In this document: positions 51,413-63,505 of the stretch, one piece after another
Numbering within the stretch: position 1 is the stretch's first letter
How the letters are laid out: each line of letters begins with the position of its first letter
Assembly (NCBI GenBank): GCA_965224085.1
Contig: CBDCYI010000011.1
Span: 480,001-544,000 of the forward strand
Direction: 5' to 3'
From: Candidatus Marinacidobacterales bacterium
Lineage (GTDB): Bacteria; Acidobacteriota; Vicinamibacteria; Marinacidobacterales; SMYC01
DNA: 64,000 nucleotides
Notes under the pieces: generated by a model
What the model was told of the DNA's origin: nothing
The model's input: only the letters and a program-made list of their open reading frames with translations
Database searches by the model: none
Position numbers and translations under genes: made by a program

Positions 51413-52279
51413 ATGAAGTTTGAGGTAGACAAGGATCTGTTTCCGTTCGAGAACCACTTCCTCGAGACCGACGCTGGAGCGACGGTGCACTGCGTCGACG
51501 AAGGGCGCGGCGCCGTCGTCCTCATGCTTCATGGCAATCCGTCTTGGTCCTTCCTGTACCGGAAAATGATCACGCGGATGAGAGAGCATTTCCGCTGCGT
51601 TGCGCCGGACTATCCGGGCTTTGGCCTGTCCACCGCACCGACCGGGTACGACTTTCTGGCCAGTACGCACAGTGAGGTTCTGGCCGATCTCATCGAGAAG
51701 CTCGGGCTCGAGGACTTCATCCTGGTGATGCAGGATTGGGGCGGTCCGATCGGGCTTGCCGTGGCTGAGCAGTTCCCGGAGCGGGTGCGCGGCATGGTGA
51801 TCGGCAATACATGGGCGTGGCCTCTGAAGGGTGAGCTCAGGATGGAAGTCTTCAGCTGGATAATGGGTGGCCCGATCGGCCGGGCGATGGCACGCTCGTT
51901 CAACGGTGTGTGGCGCGTATTCATGACGCGAGGATTCGTCAACCGGCCCAGCGACGGGGAGCTGGCCATGTACGCGGCACCATTTCGCGAAAAGATGAAC
52001 CGCGTTCAGACCGCCATCTTTCCCCGCCAGCTAGTCAAGGCTCACGAGTTCGAGGCGAACGTCGAGTCTGGACTAGAGACACTAGCCGACAAGCCCGTGT
52101 TGTTTCTATGGGGAAACAGGGATTTTGCCTTCAAACAACGGGAGCTTGCGCGGTTCAAGTCGCACTTTCCCGACCACGTCCATCATCCTCTTGAGGCGAG
52201 CCACTTCTGGCAGGACGAACAGGGCGAAGTCGCCTCGGATTACATCATCGACTGGGCACGGCAGAAAAATTGGGTATGA
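51413..52279 (+). CDS. Haloalkane dehalogenase-like alpha/beta hydrolase
   Basis: LHGNPSWSFLYR, APDYPGFGLS, QDWGGPIG, SHFWQDE. Confidence 0.85.
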   Translation: MKFEVDKDLFPFENHFLETDAGATVHCVDEGRGAVVLMLHGNPSWSFLYRKMITRMREHFRCVAPDYPGFGLSTAPTGYDFLASTHSEVLADLIEKLGLEDFILVMQDWGGPIGLAVAEQFPERVRGMVIGNTWAWPLKGELRMEVFSWIMGGPIGRAMARSFNGVWRVFMTRGFVNRPSDGELAMYAAPFREKMNRVQTAIFPRQLVKAHEFEANVESGLETLADKPVLFLWGNRDFAFKQRELARFKSHFPDHVHHPLEASHFWQDEQGEVASDYIIDWARQKNWV

Positions 52280-52555
52280 CCGAGTGGCTCGGATCTCGAC
52301 TGGGTGTATGTTGTCAAGAAAATTCGGATCGGCGCGAGCTCCCGCTGCGACGACGCCAAACTCCCCGGCAGCGTTTAGATAGCGAGCCGCTTCCGTCGTT
52401 GCCATCGAAGGAGTGCCTCGTTGGGAATTCCCGTCTTCGACAGGTTGTCGAATTAGCTTCAGCTTCTCGCCGGTCGTGACTATGGGATTTCGTGGATCGA
52501 CCGCTACCATCCCACGGAAGGGCCGCCGCCCGAGCGGAGGGAGACCAGTCGTACC

Positions 52556-53122
52556 TTGTTACCGGCGCATTTGCGGGCGAGCCTCGAGGTTCTCGGTCCG
52601 GGGCAACACCCGTTTCCACTTCCGTACGCCACTCGCGAGCGCCACATGAAATTCGAGCCCGCGATCTATCTCGACAAGATCGTGCGCGACGTCATCCTAT
52701 TTGGGGGACGCATCGTCATCCGTGAGTTCGAAGCCAAGCGAGACCTCATGTCGCTCACCGAGCCCATCATCGTCAACTGCACCGGACTCGGCGCCAAAGA
52801 ATTGTTCGAGGACGACGAGGTCGTGCCCTATAAAGGCCAGCTCACGCTTTTGGTTCCGCAATCCGATGTCGCCTACGAGACGGGTGGTGGCCTCCGCACG
52901 ACGAGCGGTCAGGCCGGTGTCTTCCTACATATGACGCCGCGTTCGGACGGTATCGCGCTCGGCGGCACCGCTGAGCATGATGAGTGGTCGCTCGAGCCGA
53001 ACGAGGAGGCGCGCAAGGGAGTGGTCGAAGGGCACATGGAGCTGTTTTCGGCGATGCGCGGTCCGTCTCTCCGCCAAGCTCGCGTTCCCCCCAGGCGTAA
53101 GCCTACGAATGCGACATTTTGA
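52556..53122 (+). pseudogene. C-terminal fragment of a D-amino-acid oxidase-like FAD enzyme
   Basis: VNCTGLGAKELF, PYKGQL, PRSDGIALGGT; the FAD-binding N-terminus is absent. Confidence 0.7.
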
Positions 53123-53155
53123 GCATTCAAGCTTCGTCGACAAGGGCCACGCGAA

Positions 53156-53590
53156 GTGAAGAAGCTGAGCTGTCTCAACCCTGAGTGCCTGTTGTATGGG
53201 AAAACCGGATCCGGAAACGTCACCCGACACGGATTCTACCAGACGAGGTCTGGAAAACGTCGCCGATGTCAATGCGTCGGGTGTGGAGTGACGTTCTCTT
53301 CGACCAAAGGCACGCTGTACTACCGTCTTCATGACCGGAGATCCACATTCGATGCGGTTGTCACCCTGAGAGTCGAGGGTGTCAGCATCACTGCGATTGC
53401 ACGGGTCGAGGGCGTTGCCTGGAACACCGTCGCCCGCTGGCTTGAAAAAGCGGCGGACGCCTGTCGTCGATTCAACAGCAAACGGATCGCCGGATTCGTT
53501 GTCGAGGACGTGAAGGTCGAACGTAGAGAATTGATGGGAGCCGCATGGCGATTCGAAGAAGCGCTCAAAAACTCCGAGGACTCGTCGACT
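53156..53590 (+). mobile_element. IS1-family transposase remnant, internally deleted
   Basis: CLNPEC...RHGFY...CVGCGVTFSSTKGT zinc ribbon plus HTH EGVSITAIARVEGVAWNTVARW. Confidence 0.75.
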
Positions 53591-53614
53591 GGTGCTTCCG
53601 CTGTCAACTGTTGG
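53591..53614 (+). repeat. IS1-like terminal inverted repeat, pairing with 61470-61493
   Basis: GGTGCTTCCGCTGTCAACTGTTGG versus reverse complement GGTGCTTCCGCCGTCAAGTGATGG (21/24). Confidence 0.7.
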
Positions 53615-53767
53615 TGATTCGTCTTCATCCCGTTCTGTTGAAGGTACTTATGGCCCATTTTCGAGCGCTAATGAAGTGGGGGTCACTAGATCGGTCGTAA
53701 TCTGTTGCACCACAAAGTCTTACGTTCATTTCAGCAACACGAAGATGCTGCGACCCGCGCGCTCGGT

Positions 53768-54645
53768 TCACGCGAAAAGTTTGGGCTTCTGTTCGTGCCA
53801 GCGCGCTACGTCCTGATAGGCCTTCGCTACCGCAAGCACCTCCGCCTCCGCGTATAGCCGGCCGAGGAACGTGATGCCGGTGGGGCGGCCTTTTTCGTCG
53901 AACCCGTTGGGCACCGACACGGCGGGGTAGCCGCACAAGTTGGCCACCGAGAAATGATCGCGGATCGGGCCGGGCGGCGTGGGCGGAGGAGTCGGCGCGT
54001 TCTCGTCGCGCGGCGGGCCCGGCTGCATGTACGGCGCAATGTAGACGTCGTATTTAGAGACGACATCGGCGAACTGGCGCATGATGATGGTGCGAATCCG
54101 CTGGGTTTGGAGGAACTCTACCGCGGGGATCAAGCGGCTTCGGCGGTGTCCCTGTGCCCGCCTTTGGTTCCCGAGCTCGGCGTCCCGGCCGCTCCGAAGG
54201 AACGCGTCGAAGAAAGCGCCGGACTCGGCGCCGTTCGCGCTCGTCGCGGCGTCTGTCGGGAACGCGGGCAACTCGAACGGCTCTAGCGTGAGGCCGAGCG
54301 CCCGCAGCTGCTCGAGAGCGGCCGCGTCGTTCTGCTTCCAGGCAGCATAGCGGCCCTCTTCCTCGAACGCGGGGGCCAGGTAGCCGATCGAAAGCGGTCG
54401 AATATCGCGGCGGCCGTTCCAGTTGAATGGCAGATCGATCACGCTGAGATCTTGCTCGTCGGTCTTCGCGATCGCGTGGAATACGACGGCACAATCCTCG
54501 GCGGTCCGGCACATCGGTCCGATCCGGTCGCGGGTCCACGAGAGCGTCATCGCGCCGTGCCGGCTCACGCGGCCGAAGGTCGGTCGCAGGCCGGTCACAC
54601 CGCAACGCGTCGATGGGCTCAGGATCGATCCACTCGTCTCCGTCC
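53768..54645 (-). pseudogene. C-terminal part of an amidase-signature family protein
   Basis: [31 protein letters not shown]; NLCGYPAVSVPNGF; N-terminus absent. Confidence 0.8.
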
Positions 54646-54760
54646 CACGAGCTGAAGCAAGCACAGGCGCAATTGGTTCACTCGGGGAAGATGGCGTCGA
54701 TCGGCACGCTGGCGGCGGGCGTCGCACACGAGCTCAACACGCCGATCGCCTCGATGATGA
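54646..54760 (+). pseudogene. H-box fragment of a sensor histidine kinase
   Basis: [34 protein letters not shown]. Confidence 0.65.
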
Positions 54761-54952
54761 GTTTTCATCGAGCCGGATTGTCCCTCGGCTCGGAGCTGGA
54801 CGATCCTTTCGTCATTCTTGACGACATCTATCAGCACGTCGTCAAGCCGTGGGGCTGTATAACCTCTAGCGGCCAGGTGACTTGGTCGAGCGCCGCAGCT
54901 CGCAAGGATGCGGAAGAGAGATGGGGCGATGTCGCGAGTGCTGCTTTAGACT

Positions 54953-56758
54953 CTAGTTCGTCGATGCCTCCAGTACGGAAGAGAGTCTAACCGGATTCCA
55001 AAACACATCCATCTCGTCGTCTAGGCCGGTGATCTGCCAGCGCAGAAGGGCCAACGGAACGGACCCAAGCGTGATGATCTGGTCGTGGAAATGCTTCAGA
55101 TCGAAGTCCTCTTTGAGCTGCATCTTGCGATCCGCCAGCAGCTTGAAGATCTGAAGCTTGCCCGTTTGGCAGTGATCCAGCCCGCGTACCAGCACACCCT
55201 CCATCTCTTCGAAGGCCTCTTCCCGAGTCGCTCCCAAGCCAGAGCCCAGTGGAGGCACGTTCTCCCGGAACCGCGCGAAGGCTTCCTCCGGCGTGATCTT
55301 GGCGGAAAGCAGATCGATGCCCATGGAGATCCGCTCCGCTCTCTGAATCATGTTTATGTAAGGGAGCTCTCGCCCTCGAGGCCCACGTACGTAGGGGAAG
55401 TCGAGAGCGACGGGGAGCTCCTCGTGATAGAAGCACCAACCCTGGCTGTGCGCCCCGTCACGATGTCCGCGCCGGATGGGGTCGGGGTTGTGGCGATGCA
55501 CGTATCGCTCATAAACGTGGCCCGGCCAGTACTCGTGTCCCCACAACACCGCTGGCTCCGTTCGAAACCCCATGTTGGAGTGGATGGCGCGCCAGTGGTC
55601 GTCGGGTACGAGAATGACTCTCTCGATCGGCTTCTCCTCGATGGTGAAGGAGAGGTAGCCGAAGGGAAGGAGGTACTCCCCGCTCTCGACACGCACATCC
55701 GGGATGTAGTCGCGATCGCTGAGGATGTCGTGTCCGTGCTCCGTGTACCATCGGCGGGTAATCAAAGCCGTCTCGTTGTCCCAGCCGATGTACTCGTCGA
55801 TCTGCTCCGCCGGGCCGATCTTCGGGAGGTGACGGTTCTTCTGCATCTCGAACTGATGGTAGGAGATCGCCCGCGCACGCTCCATCTCCGCCATCAATTT
55901 CAGCTGGTCGGTGTCGTAAGGCTGCAGCAAGACGTGACGGGTGTACCAGTCGAGCGCCTCTTTCCCGATGTAGTAGTTACCTTTCATCTCCTCCCGGCTT
56001 TCCTCGAGCCAGCCCGCGAAAGCGAGGAGATGCTCCGCTGCCTCGGCGGCGGTCGACACCAGGCCCGCCGCCTCCGGCTGGGGGAAGTGCTCGGCGGTCT
56101 TCTCCGCCCATTTCCGGTAGTTGTTGACGATGTACTCGAGCTGTCCGCCTTCCGTATAGTAGCCGCCGCCGGGATGCCGCAGAGCGATTTCCGCGAGCTC
56201 CGGCACCATCTCCGTCAGGTTTTGCCGTCCCTGCGCGAGGATCTTCTCGGTCTGGGCGAGCGCTTCGAGAATCGCCTGGGCCCGCTCGGAGGTGTAAGGC
56301 ATGGCGTCGCCTCGCATATAGCGCGAACCGGTCAGCAATCGCCCCACATTGCGTATCGCCTGATTGACGTAGAAGCTCGGGTTTCGACTGGACTGCCGCC
56401 AGACGCGGAGATCGAAATCGAGCCGATCCATTTCACTACGAAGTAGCAGGTAGTCGATTCTCGCGTGCACCGACCATGCGGAAGGATCGATGGCGTCGAG
56501 TCGAGCTCTGAAACGGGGGAGCTGCTCCTTCTGACTCCGAACCCGGTCGGCGTAGTCGGGAAACCCGCTTCCCCAGCCGACGATGGCGCGAAACTCCTCG
56601 GCGAGTGTCAGCAGCTCCGGCGGGAGCTGGTCGGGGCCGGGCACTTTCACCGGGCTCCAGGTCTGCTGAGCCGCGCCAGGCGCTGCAGCCACCAGGATCA
56701 GGATGGCAAGGATAAAAGAGGCGAGTGGACTGATTCGAGCCGTTCTTGCGGAGAACAT
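54953..56758 (-). CDS. Secreted DUF885 family protein
   Basis: GGAGG RBS; [20 protein letters not shown]...[13 protein letters not shown]. Confidence 0.82.
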   Translation of the reverse strand: MFSARTARISPLASFILAILILVAAAPGAAQQTWSPVKVPGPDQLPPELLTLAEEFRAIVGWGSGFPDYADRVRSQKEQLPRFRARLDAIDPSAWSVHARIDYLLLRSEMDRLDFDLRVWRQSSRNPSFYVNQAIRNVGRLLTGSRYMRGDAMPYTSERAQAILEALAQTEKILAQGRQNLTEMVPELAEIALRHPGGGYYTEGGQLEYIVNNYRKWAEKTAEHFPQPEAAGLVSTAAEAAEHLLAFAGWLEESREEMKGNYYIGKEALDWYTRHVLLQPYDTDQLKLMAEMERARAISYHQFEMQKNRHLPKIGPAEQIDEYIGWDNETALITRRWYTEHGHDILSDRDYIPDVRVESGEYLLPFGYLSFTIEEKPIERVILVPDDHWRAIHSNMGFRTEPAVLWGHEYWPGHVYERYVHRHNPDPIRRGHRDGAHSQGWCFYHEELPVALDFPYVRGPRGRELPYINMIQRAERISMGIDLLSAKITPEEAFARFRENVPPLGSGLGATREEAFEEMEGVLVRGLDHCQTGKLQIFKLLADRKMQLKEDFDLKHFHDQIITLGSVPLALLRWQITGLDDEMDVFWNPVRLSSVLEASTN

Positions 56759-57035
56759 GTTTTCCTCCTGCTTCGGACGTGTTCAACAAACGAGCGTCGA
56801 TAACGCTCGCCCGATTCTAGTTCGAGATGGGTGGTTGGAGAAACATTTAATTGCATCAAAGAACAAGAGCGCCGACCGTTTGTGTTGAAGAGAGATAACG
56901 GTAAAGATAGAGTTGGCGGCAGCGGTCGGCCGCGATCCTCGAGCCGAGAGCGCCGGAATCATCGTCACCTCGCGTGATCGGTAACCAATCTCGGCCGGCG
57001 ATGGCGGTGAGCGATATCACCGGGAAGGGGGTCTC

Positions 57036-57809
57036 ATGGAGCTCGCTTGGACTCGTTGGCCGGCCACGGGTTTCATCCTGGCTGGCTTGATCGCCGTGGT
57101 CGCGGAGGGCCAGGATCGTTCTCACGACCGAGACGGTGTCTTTCGGTACGACATCATCGACATGACGAGCCGGGAGGTCTCGGTCGCCGACGCCCGTCAG
57201 ATCCACTTCGGCCCCTACCGTGCCTACTTCCGAGTGTTTCCGTTCGGAACCGGACCCGCGGGATTCTACGAGGAACGGGAGCCCCACAAGGACTTCCGTC
57301 TGATGCACACGGTTCCAGACCTGGTTGGAAAGTACCGTGATCGATCCGTCGATTACAGCGAGCGCTGGGAGGGCCCCGACAAGCTCGTCGTCACGCACTC
57401 GAGCGCGGTCCCGGGCGAGCGGCGTCGGACGAGGCGCATTCTCACGCGCGTCGGGACCGAGACCTCTGAGTGGGACGGCGCCTGGAGATTGCGGGTCCTG
57501 GACGAGACCGCTTCCGAGGAGCTTCGCGGGGAGAGAGTGTGGATTCGCTACGGGGATTATGTTGGTTTCTTCTGGCGTGCTCCGGACCGTCCCCTCTACG
57601 CCATGTATGCCAAACAGGCGGAGAAGAACAGATTCCGGATTCTGTTCAGTACGAGGGAGGAGGAGGTTGCGACCATCCTCGACCACGCGAGCGAATACCA
57701 GGGTGGATGGGACGGCGTACGCTGGGTGGAAAGCTACGTCGAGGGCACGGAAGGAAACGAGCGCCGGGGGCACCGGTTGCGAGTCACTTACGAGGCCATG
57801 CGGAAATGA
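57036..57809 (+). CDS. Secreted hypothetical protein
   Basis: RBS, signal peptide, ATGA overlap with the next gene. Confidence 0.65.
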   Translation: MELAWTRWPATGFILAGLIAVVAEGQDRSHDRDGVFRYDIIDMTSREVSVADARQIHFGPYRAYFRVFPFGTGPAGFYEEREPHKDFRLMHTVPDLVGKYRDRSVDYSERWEGPDKLVVTHSSAVPGERRRTRRILTRVGTETSEWDGAWRLRVLDETASEELRGERVWIRYGDYVGFFWRAPDRPLYAMYAKQAEKNRFRILFSTREEEVATILDHASEYQGGWDGVRWVESYVEGTEGNERRGHRLRVTYEAMRK

Positions 57810-59125
57810 TCGACCTGTGGTCGGCACGTGTGCACCGGGTTATCTTCATGGCGTTTGTCACCTGGATCGGTTGCTGCGCACGCGGCCAGGCGGGCAACTG
57901 GCCGCAGTGGCGCGGGCCGTTCCTCAACGGCACGAGCCTCGAGACAGGGCTTTCGTCCAAGTGGAGCCGAGAGGAGAACATCCGATGGAAGCTCGAGCTT
58001 CCCGCCTTGAGCGCATCCACGCCCATCGTCTGGGAAGATCGCATCTTCCTGAACGTGGCGGATGGCGAGGAGCTTCAGCTGTGGGCGTTGGACCGGAACG
58101 ATGGAACCGTTCTCTGGAAGGGTCTGCTGGGCGACGGCAACGAGAAGGTGAACAAGCAGAACATGTCGTCTCCCTCGCCGGTGACCGACGGCACGAGCGT
58201 CTGGGTCATGACCGGGACGGGTGTCCTCAAACGCTTCGACTTCGACGGCAACGAGATCTGGGCCCGGAACTTCGTGAAGGACTATGGAAAGTTCGGGCTG
58301 ATGTACGGTTACGGCTCATCGCCTCTGCTGTACGGCGACGCGGTCTACGTTCAAGTGATTCACGGCAAGGAGGCGAGCGAGCCGTCTTACCTTCTCTGCA
58401 TCGACAAGGCGACGGGAGAGACGCGGTGGAGGGTCGAGCGTCATACCGAGGCCGTGGGGGCTGCGGGAGACTCCTACGGGTCGCCGACCCTCTTGAAGCT
58501 TGCCGACAGGGCGGAGATCATCGTGAGCGGTGCGAACGTCGTCACGGGCTACGAGCCCGCGACCGGGCTTGAGCTCTGGCGCGCCACCGGGCTCAACCCC
58601 GAGAACAACCCCACGAGTCGAAGCGTCGCCTCGCCCGTCGTCACCGAGGGGATCGTCTACGCCCCCGCAAGGTTCGGGCCAATGCTCGCGATCGAGGGCG
58701 GAGGCCGGGGCGATGTCACGGAGAGTCATCGCCAATGGGCGTTCCGGCGCGGTCCGGAGATCCCAACCCCGGTCACCGATGGAAAGCTCCTCTACGTCGT
58801 CGGTGACATGGGCATCATGTGGTGTCTCGACGCCAAGACGGGCGAAAGAGTTTGGGGCCCACGGCGGCTTGCTCCCGGCGTTTATAGCTCGTCGCCGGTG
58901 ATGGCGGACGGAAAGATCTACGCCACCAACGAAGACGGGATCACCACGGTCGTCAAAGCGGGAGCGGAGTTCGAGATCCTCGCCCGAAACGACCTCGAGG
59001 ACTATTGTCTCAGCTCTCCGGCGATCTCGGGCGGTCAGATCTACATCCGAACGACGCATCACCTCCATAGCATCGGCGGGTCGGTCGGCGCGTCCGGTGA
59101 GTTCGAGTCTCCTCGCTCGCAGTAA
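57806..59125 (+). CDS. PQQ-like beta-propeller (BamB-like) repeat protein
   Basis: [43 protein letters not shown]. Confidence 0.85.
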   Translation: MIDLWSARVHRVIFMAFVTWIGCCARGQAGNWPQWRGPFLNGTSLETGLSSKWSREENIRWKLELPALSASTPIVWEDRIFLNVADGEELQLWALDRNDGTVLWKGLLGDGNEKVNKQNMSSPSPVTDGTSVWVMTGTGVLKRFDFDGNEIWARNFVKDYGKFGLMYGYGSSPLLYGDAVYVQVIHGKEASEPSYLLCIDKATGETRWRVERHTEAVGAAGDSYGSPTLLKLADRAEIIVSGANVVTGYEPATGLELWRATGLNPENNPTSRSVASPVVTEGIVYAPARFGPMLAIEGGGRGDVTESHRQWAFRRGPEIPTPVTDGKLLYVVGDMGIMWCLDAKTGERVWGPRRLAPGVYSSSPVMADGKIYATNEDGITTVVKAGAEFEILARNDLEDYCLSSPAISGGQIYIRTTHHLHSIGGSVGASGEFESPRSQ

Positions 59126-59193
59126 ACCCAGCCGTTGACTTAACTCGGATTGCGGGCGTAGTGTTAGCTTCCTGATCGGCGAGGAGGATCGAG

Positions 59194-59487
59194 ATGCGTT
59201 CCTGGATCGCTTTGTCCGCTGTCTTGTTTATGGGCTTCACTCCCGACAAGGCTCCCGAACAAAAACTCATCCCGGGCGAGGGGAGCGGAACTGCCGACGA
59301 GCTGCGCGCGAGGGGCTATCGTTATCGCCCTCCTATCCGGGCCAACCGTGCTGTGGTGGCGGCCGGCAATCCACTGTCGGCCATGGCGGGAATGAGAATC
59401 ATCGAGCAAGGGGGCAACGTCGTCGACGCCGGGGTCGCGGCCATGCTGGTGGCCGAGATCGAGTCCCGTCGAGCACTAACAGGGTGA
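59194..59487 (+). pseudogene. N-terminal fragment of a gamma-glutamyltransferase
   Basis: VVAAGNPLSAMAGMRIIEQGGNVVDAGVAA, then breaks off. Confidence 0.7.
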
Positions 59488-59739
59488 TTAAAAACGGGAA
59501 GCCATGAGCGAGCGGAGCGAGCCCGGCTGGGAGGAAGCGGTCACGCCGGAGCGTCAGCGGAGGCGTGGGCCGCAGGAATTTTCCGGCGGGAGTAGCTTCG
59601 AGGGAGTCCCGGAACATCTGATTCCCTCGAAGCAGGCCGATGCGGACGATTCGGCCGTCCGAGCCGAGCCCGCCCGCCCGCAGCGAGCCTGCCAGCGCCC
59701 GAGCCGAAGAGGCGAGCGCGCACTAAGAAGGAGGACACG

Positions 59740-60789
59740 ATGAGTCGGAGAGTGTTACTGAGCTGCTTTCTGCTGCTCGCGGAAGTCACTGCGGCGCAGC
59801 AAGCCGATCGGCCCGCGGTCGACCACGTGCTCAAGCCCACACCACAGACGGTGGTCTGGGGATACTTCGATCCCGCCTCCGTCCCCGTGCTTCGCATCCA
59901 ATCCGGAGATACGGTGGAAATCGAGACCCTCAGCACCTCCAGCCCCGAACGTCTCGAGCGTGAGGGCGTACCTCCCGAGCACATCAAGCAATCACTGCGG
60001 GACATCCATCGCGAGGTGACCGATCGGGGCACGCCCCTTCGGCGAGGTGGGCACATTCTTACCGGACCGATCTACATCGAGGGCATCGAGCCCGGCGACG
60101 TCCTCGAGGTCCGGATTCTGAGAGTACGGCTCGCCAGCCCCTTCGCTCGCAACGGATTCTCGCCCGGGCGGGGGGTCTTGCCCGAGGAGTTTCCCTATGC
60201 GCGCGGCAAGATCGTACTGCTGGACGAAGAGAGAATGGTCGCCCGATTCGATCCCGGCATCGAGATCCCCCTGCGCCCCTTCTTCGGCAACATGGGCGTG
60301 GCCCCGCCGCACGGGCGGATACATGGCTCGCCACCCTGGTTTCACGGCGGGAACATCGACAACAAGGAGCTGGTCGAGGGTACGAAGCTGTTTCTACCCG
60401 TGCACGTACCGGGAGCATTGTTTCAGGTGAGCGATGGCCACGCGGCCCAGGGCAATGGAGAGGTCGACGTGTCGGCGCTCGAGACCTCTCTCGTCGGTGT
60501 CTTCCAGTTCGTAGCGCGCAAGGACATGAGCCTGCGCTGGCCGCGGGCGGAGACACCCACGCACTTCATGACCATGGGGCTCGACGAGAACCTGGACGAA
60601 GCGGCGAAGTTGGCCCTGCGAGAGATGATTGACTTCCTGGTGAGCGAAAAGCGTCTCACGCGGGACGACGCCTATATGCTCTCGAGCGTCGCCGTCGATC
60701 TCTCCATCACCCAGCTCGTCGATGGAACGAAGGGTGTGCACGCGATGATCCCCAAAGCCATCTTCTTGGACTCCGCCGAGGATCGATGA
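59740..60789 (+). CDS. Acetamidase/formamidase family protein
   Basis: GHILTGPI, GGNIDNKEL, DGHAAQGNGEV, AYMLSSVA; GGAGG RBS. Confidence 0.88.
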   Translation: MSRRVLLSCFLLLAEVTAAQQADRPAVDHVLKPTPQTVVWGYFDPASVPVLRIQSGDTVEIETLSTSSPERLEREGVPPEHIKQSLRDIHREVTDRGTPLRRGGHILTGPIYIEGIEPGDVLEVRILRVRLASPFARNGFSPGRGVLPEEFPYARGKIVLLDEERMVARFDPGIEIPLRPFFGNMGVAPPHGRIHGSPPWFHGGNIDNKELVEGTKLFLPVHVPGALFQVSDGHAAQGNGEVDVSALETSLVGVFQFVARKDMSLRWPRAETPTHFMTMGLDENLDEAAKLALREMIDFLVSEKRLTRDDAYMLSSVAVDLSITQLVDGTKGVHAMIPKAIFLDSAEDR

Positions 60790-60974
60790 CACGCTGCACC
60801 GTTCTCCGAAGTCGCCAAGTGAGTTGTGTCCGTTGAACTGCGCGGACGCGGCCGTGGCGATCGATCCGAGGGCGGCTATGAAAACAGCGATGGAAACGAA
60901 GCTACGGCCTGTTCCAGAACTGGTTCCAAGAGTTGAAGGTAAGCAGTCCAAGCGTCAAATAGAATCCGGTCGCG

Positions 60975-61493
60975 TTCGCCGCCGCGACGTTCTTGCTCCC
61001 GGCGAAGGAGCGAATCTCGTCGGCCTGGAGCTCCTCGACAATAAATCCCGCGATCTTTCCATTGTTGAAGCGACGGCACGCGTCGGCGGCCACCTCGAGC
61101 CAGCGGGCCACAGTGTTCCAGGCCATGCCTTCGATACGAGCGATCGCCGAAACGCTGACGCCCTCGACTCTGAGAGCGACGACGGCGTCGAAAGTTCTGT
61201 GTCGATGGTGAAGACGGTAGTACGGTGTGCCCTTGGTTGAAGAGAACGTCTTTCCGCACTCGGAGCACCGGTAGCGACGCCGTCGCCCGGACCTCGTTCG
61301 GTAGAATCCGTGGCGGATGATGTTTTCCGGCACCGACCCTTCCATGGAGCGGACGCGGAGTTGAGACATTTGCGATTCTTCACTCGGTTTGGCCCTTGTA
61401 GAAGACAGATCTGAGACTCTCGAAAATTGGGCTCAAACTCTAGCACGCGAGCGGGTTAGGACCAGGCTCCCATCACTTGACGGCGGAAGCACC
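60975..61493 (-). mobile_element. IS1-family element left end with a frameshifted, truncated transposase
   Basis: IR at 61470-61493; RHGFYRTRSG...CSECGKTFSSTKGT...ELQADEIRSF; paralogue of the 53156 remnant. Confidence 0.78.
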
Positions 61494-61535
61494 CGGTATT
61501 CCACGTTCGTCCGGCCGATTTTGGACATCAATCAT
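61494..61535 (-). pseudogene. folE2: First 14 codons of a probable GTP cyclohydrolase IB, cut by the IS1-like end
   Basis: MIDVQNRPDERGIP starts 6 nt after the queD stop and resembles the DVQ...D.R.I.I N-terminus of FolE2; short match. Confidence 0.6.
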
Positions 61536-61541
61536 GCTCGG

Positions 61542-61913
61542 CTAGCCTTTCTCTGAATAAGCACTGCCAGCGGTACACGTTTCATGGATTGCTACCTCGC
61601 TTAGTTCCGGCAACGAATGTTTGAGTCGTTGCCATATCCAAGCGGCGATATTCTCGCTCGTCGGATTCTCCAGTCCATCAATTTCGTTGAGATAGTGATG
61701 ATCCAGTTTGTTATAAATGGGCTTGAACGCGGCCTTGATGTCGGCGAAATCCATTACCCACCCTAACTTTTCTTGTATCGGGCCTTCCACAGTCAGGCGC
61801 ACGCGAAAAGAGTGGCCGTGAAGCCGGGCGCACTTGTGCCCTTCCGGCGCGTTGGGCAGGCGGTGGGCGGCCTCAAACGTGAAATCTTTGAAGATGCGAA
61901 CAGGGTTGCCCAT
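61542..61913 (-). CDS. queD: 6-carboxy-5,6,7,8-tetrahydropterin synthase
   Basis: FEAAHRLP...CARLHGHS...LDHHYLN...NPTSENIA...ET. Confidence 0.95.
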   Translation of the reverse strand: MGNPVRIFKDFTFEAAHRLPNAPEGHKCARLHGHSFRVRLTVEGPIQEKLGWVMDFADIKAAFKPIYNKLDHHYLNEIDGLENPTSENIAAWIWQRLKHSLPELSEVAIHETCTAGSAYSEKG

Positions 61914-61914
61914 C

Positions 61915-62553
61915 TTAGGGGATTCCTAAAAACTTGTGTGTCTGCAGGCTGAGTCTCCAATTTGGGTGGTCAAGGCAGTACTGGACGGCCCGTTGAGTAT
62001 TCGCTTTGACCGAAGGTCCGTCCATGGGCTGAATGAAAAAATTAGAAAATCCCAGATCCTCGAATCTCTCCGGATCTGCGTCTGCCTGCGGGTACACCAG
62101 CTTGAGTTCGTGTCCCGAACGCAATCGGAGATCCGCGCCTGCCTTTGGACTGACGCAGATCCAGTCCAGCCCCTGCGGGGGCTCGAGCGTCCCGTTCGTT
62201 TCGATCGCAATCTCAAATCCACAGTTGTGGACAGCGCTCACCAGTTCTTCGTTCAACTGTAACAGCGGCTCTCCCCCAGTGAAGACGACAAAAGCGTTAC
62301 GAAACCTCCCTGCATCAGGGCGCCACGTGCGATTAATTGCACCTGCCAGGTTCACTGCGGTTTCGAACTCGCCGCCACCGTCGCCGTTCGTGCCTACGAA
62401 GTCGGTATCGCAGAATTGGCAGATGGCCGTGGCTCGGTCCTCTTCGCGACCGCTCCAGAGGTTACAGCCGGCGAAGCGGCAAAAAACTGCAGGGCGGCCT
62501 GCATTCGCCCCTTCGCCCTGCAAGGTGTAGAAGATCTCTTTGACGGAGTACAT
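61915..62553 (-). CDS. queE: 7-carboxy-7-deazaguanine synthase (radical SAM, Cx14Cx2C type)
   Basis: [18 protein letters not shown]...[23 protein letters not shown]. Confidence 0.95.
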   Translation of the reverse strand: MYSVKEIFYTLQGEGANAGRPAVFCRFAGCNLWSGREEDRATAICQFCDTDFVGTNGDGGGEFETAVNLAGAINRTWRPDAGRFRNAFVVFTGGEPLLQLNEELVSAVHNCGFEIAIETNGTLEPPQGLDWICVSPKAGADLRLRSGHELKLVYPQADADPERFEDLGFSNFFIQPMDGPSVKANTQRAVQYCLDHPNWRLSLQTHKFLGIP

Positions 62554-63252
62554 TTAGACCCTCCGATACCGAATTGGGTCCTGTACGCCTGCTTGTTCGA
62601 AGCCCCTCAGTCTCAACTGGCATGCATCACACTGCCCGCATGCTTCGCCTTCCGTTGGGTCGTAGCAGGTACTCGTCAGTGAATAGTCAACGCCCAGTTC
62701 CAATCCTCGTCGAATAATGTCCGCCTTGGAAAGCGTCAAAAGGGGAGTATGTACTCGAAAGTGAGACGCACCCTCCACGCCGGCTTTGGTCGCAAGATTT
62801 GCCAGGTTCTCGAACGCTTCAATGAACTCGGGTCGACAGTCCGGATAGCCGCTGTAGTCGACGGCATTCACGCCGATGAAGAGATCATTACTTCCGAGGA
62901 CTTCTGCCCAGGCCAGCGCCACCGACAGCAAAACGGTGTTCCGCGCGGGAACGTATGTCACTGGGATTCCTGTTGCGATATCTTCGGGCCGGCGCTGTTT
63001 GGGAACGTCGATGTCGTCGCTCGTGAGAGCTGAACCGCCGAAAAGGTTCAAATCAATCTTGACGATTTTATGATCGCGAACACCGAGTTTTCCCGCGATT
63101 TTTTGAGCGGCGTCGATCTCATGCTCCTCGTGGTGTTGACCGTAACGAACCGTGACAGCGTAGCCGTCATAGCCCTCTTGAATAGCCTCTGCAAGCGTCG
63201 TCGACGAATCGAGGCCGCCGCTCAGAAGGACGACCGCTCTTTTGGATGTCAT
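62554..63252 (-). CDS. queC: 7-cyano-7-deazaguanine synthase
   Basis: [25 protein letters not shown]...CGQCDAC. Confidence 0.95.
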   Translation of the reverse strand: MTSKRAVVLLSGGLDSSTTLAEAIQEGYDGYAVTVRYGQHHEEHEIDAAQKIAGKLGVRDHKIVKIDLNLFGGSALTSDDIDVPKQRRPEDIATGIPVTYVPARNTVLLSVALAWAEVLGSNDLFIGVNAVDYSGYPDCRPEFIEAFENLANLATKAGVEGASHFRVHTPLLTLSKADIIRRGLELGVDYSLTSTCYDPTEGEACGQCDACQLRLRGFEQAGVQDPIRYRRV

Positions 63253-63491
63253 CGAGGCCCCCGTCCCTTGAACAGCTTCATCTGGTTGTTACCGTTGTTT
63301 GAAGAGTGCTCATTCTTGCGACGCTCCTGGTAGCGCTGTATCGCTTCTACGTGCCGTTGCTCCCAGATTCTCCAGCCGCGCCAGTCTCTTTCGGCATCAA
63401 GGAGCTCGGGGACCGGTTTCCCATCTCGCAGCCAGCGGCGCAACGTCGGCTCTGAGATGTCGGTGATAGCCAGCAGTTCCTTCGTCGTCAT
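63249..63491 (-). CDS. MerR/excisionase-like HTH protein, translationally coupled to queC
   Basis: [20 protein letters not shown]...RDWRGWRIW; ATGA overlap with queC. Confidence 0.82.
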   Translation of the reverse strand: MTTKELLAITDISEPTLRRWLRDGKPVPELLDAERDWRGWRIWEQRHVEAIQRYQERRKNEHSSNNGNNQMKLFKGRGPR

Positions 63492-63505
63492 GAATCTCGA
63501 CACCG

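Noticed and set aside
62554-63252. QatC-type defence QueC
   Set aside because: Canonical length and motifs with queE and queD alongside; no TatD or ATPase partner is visible.
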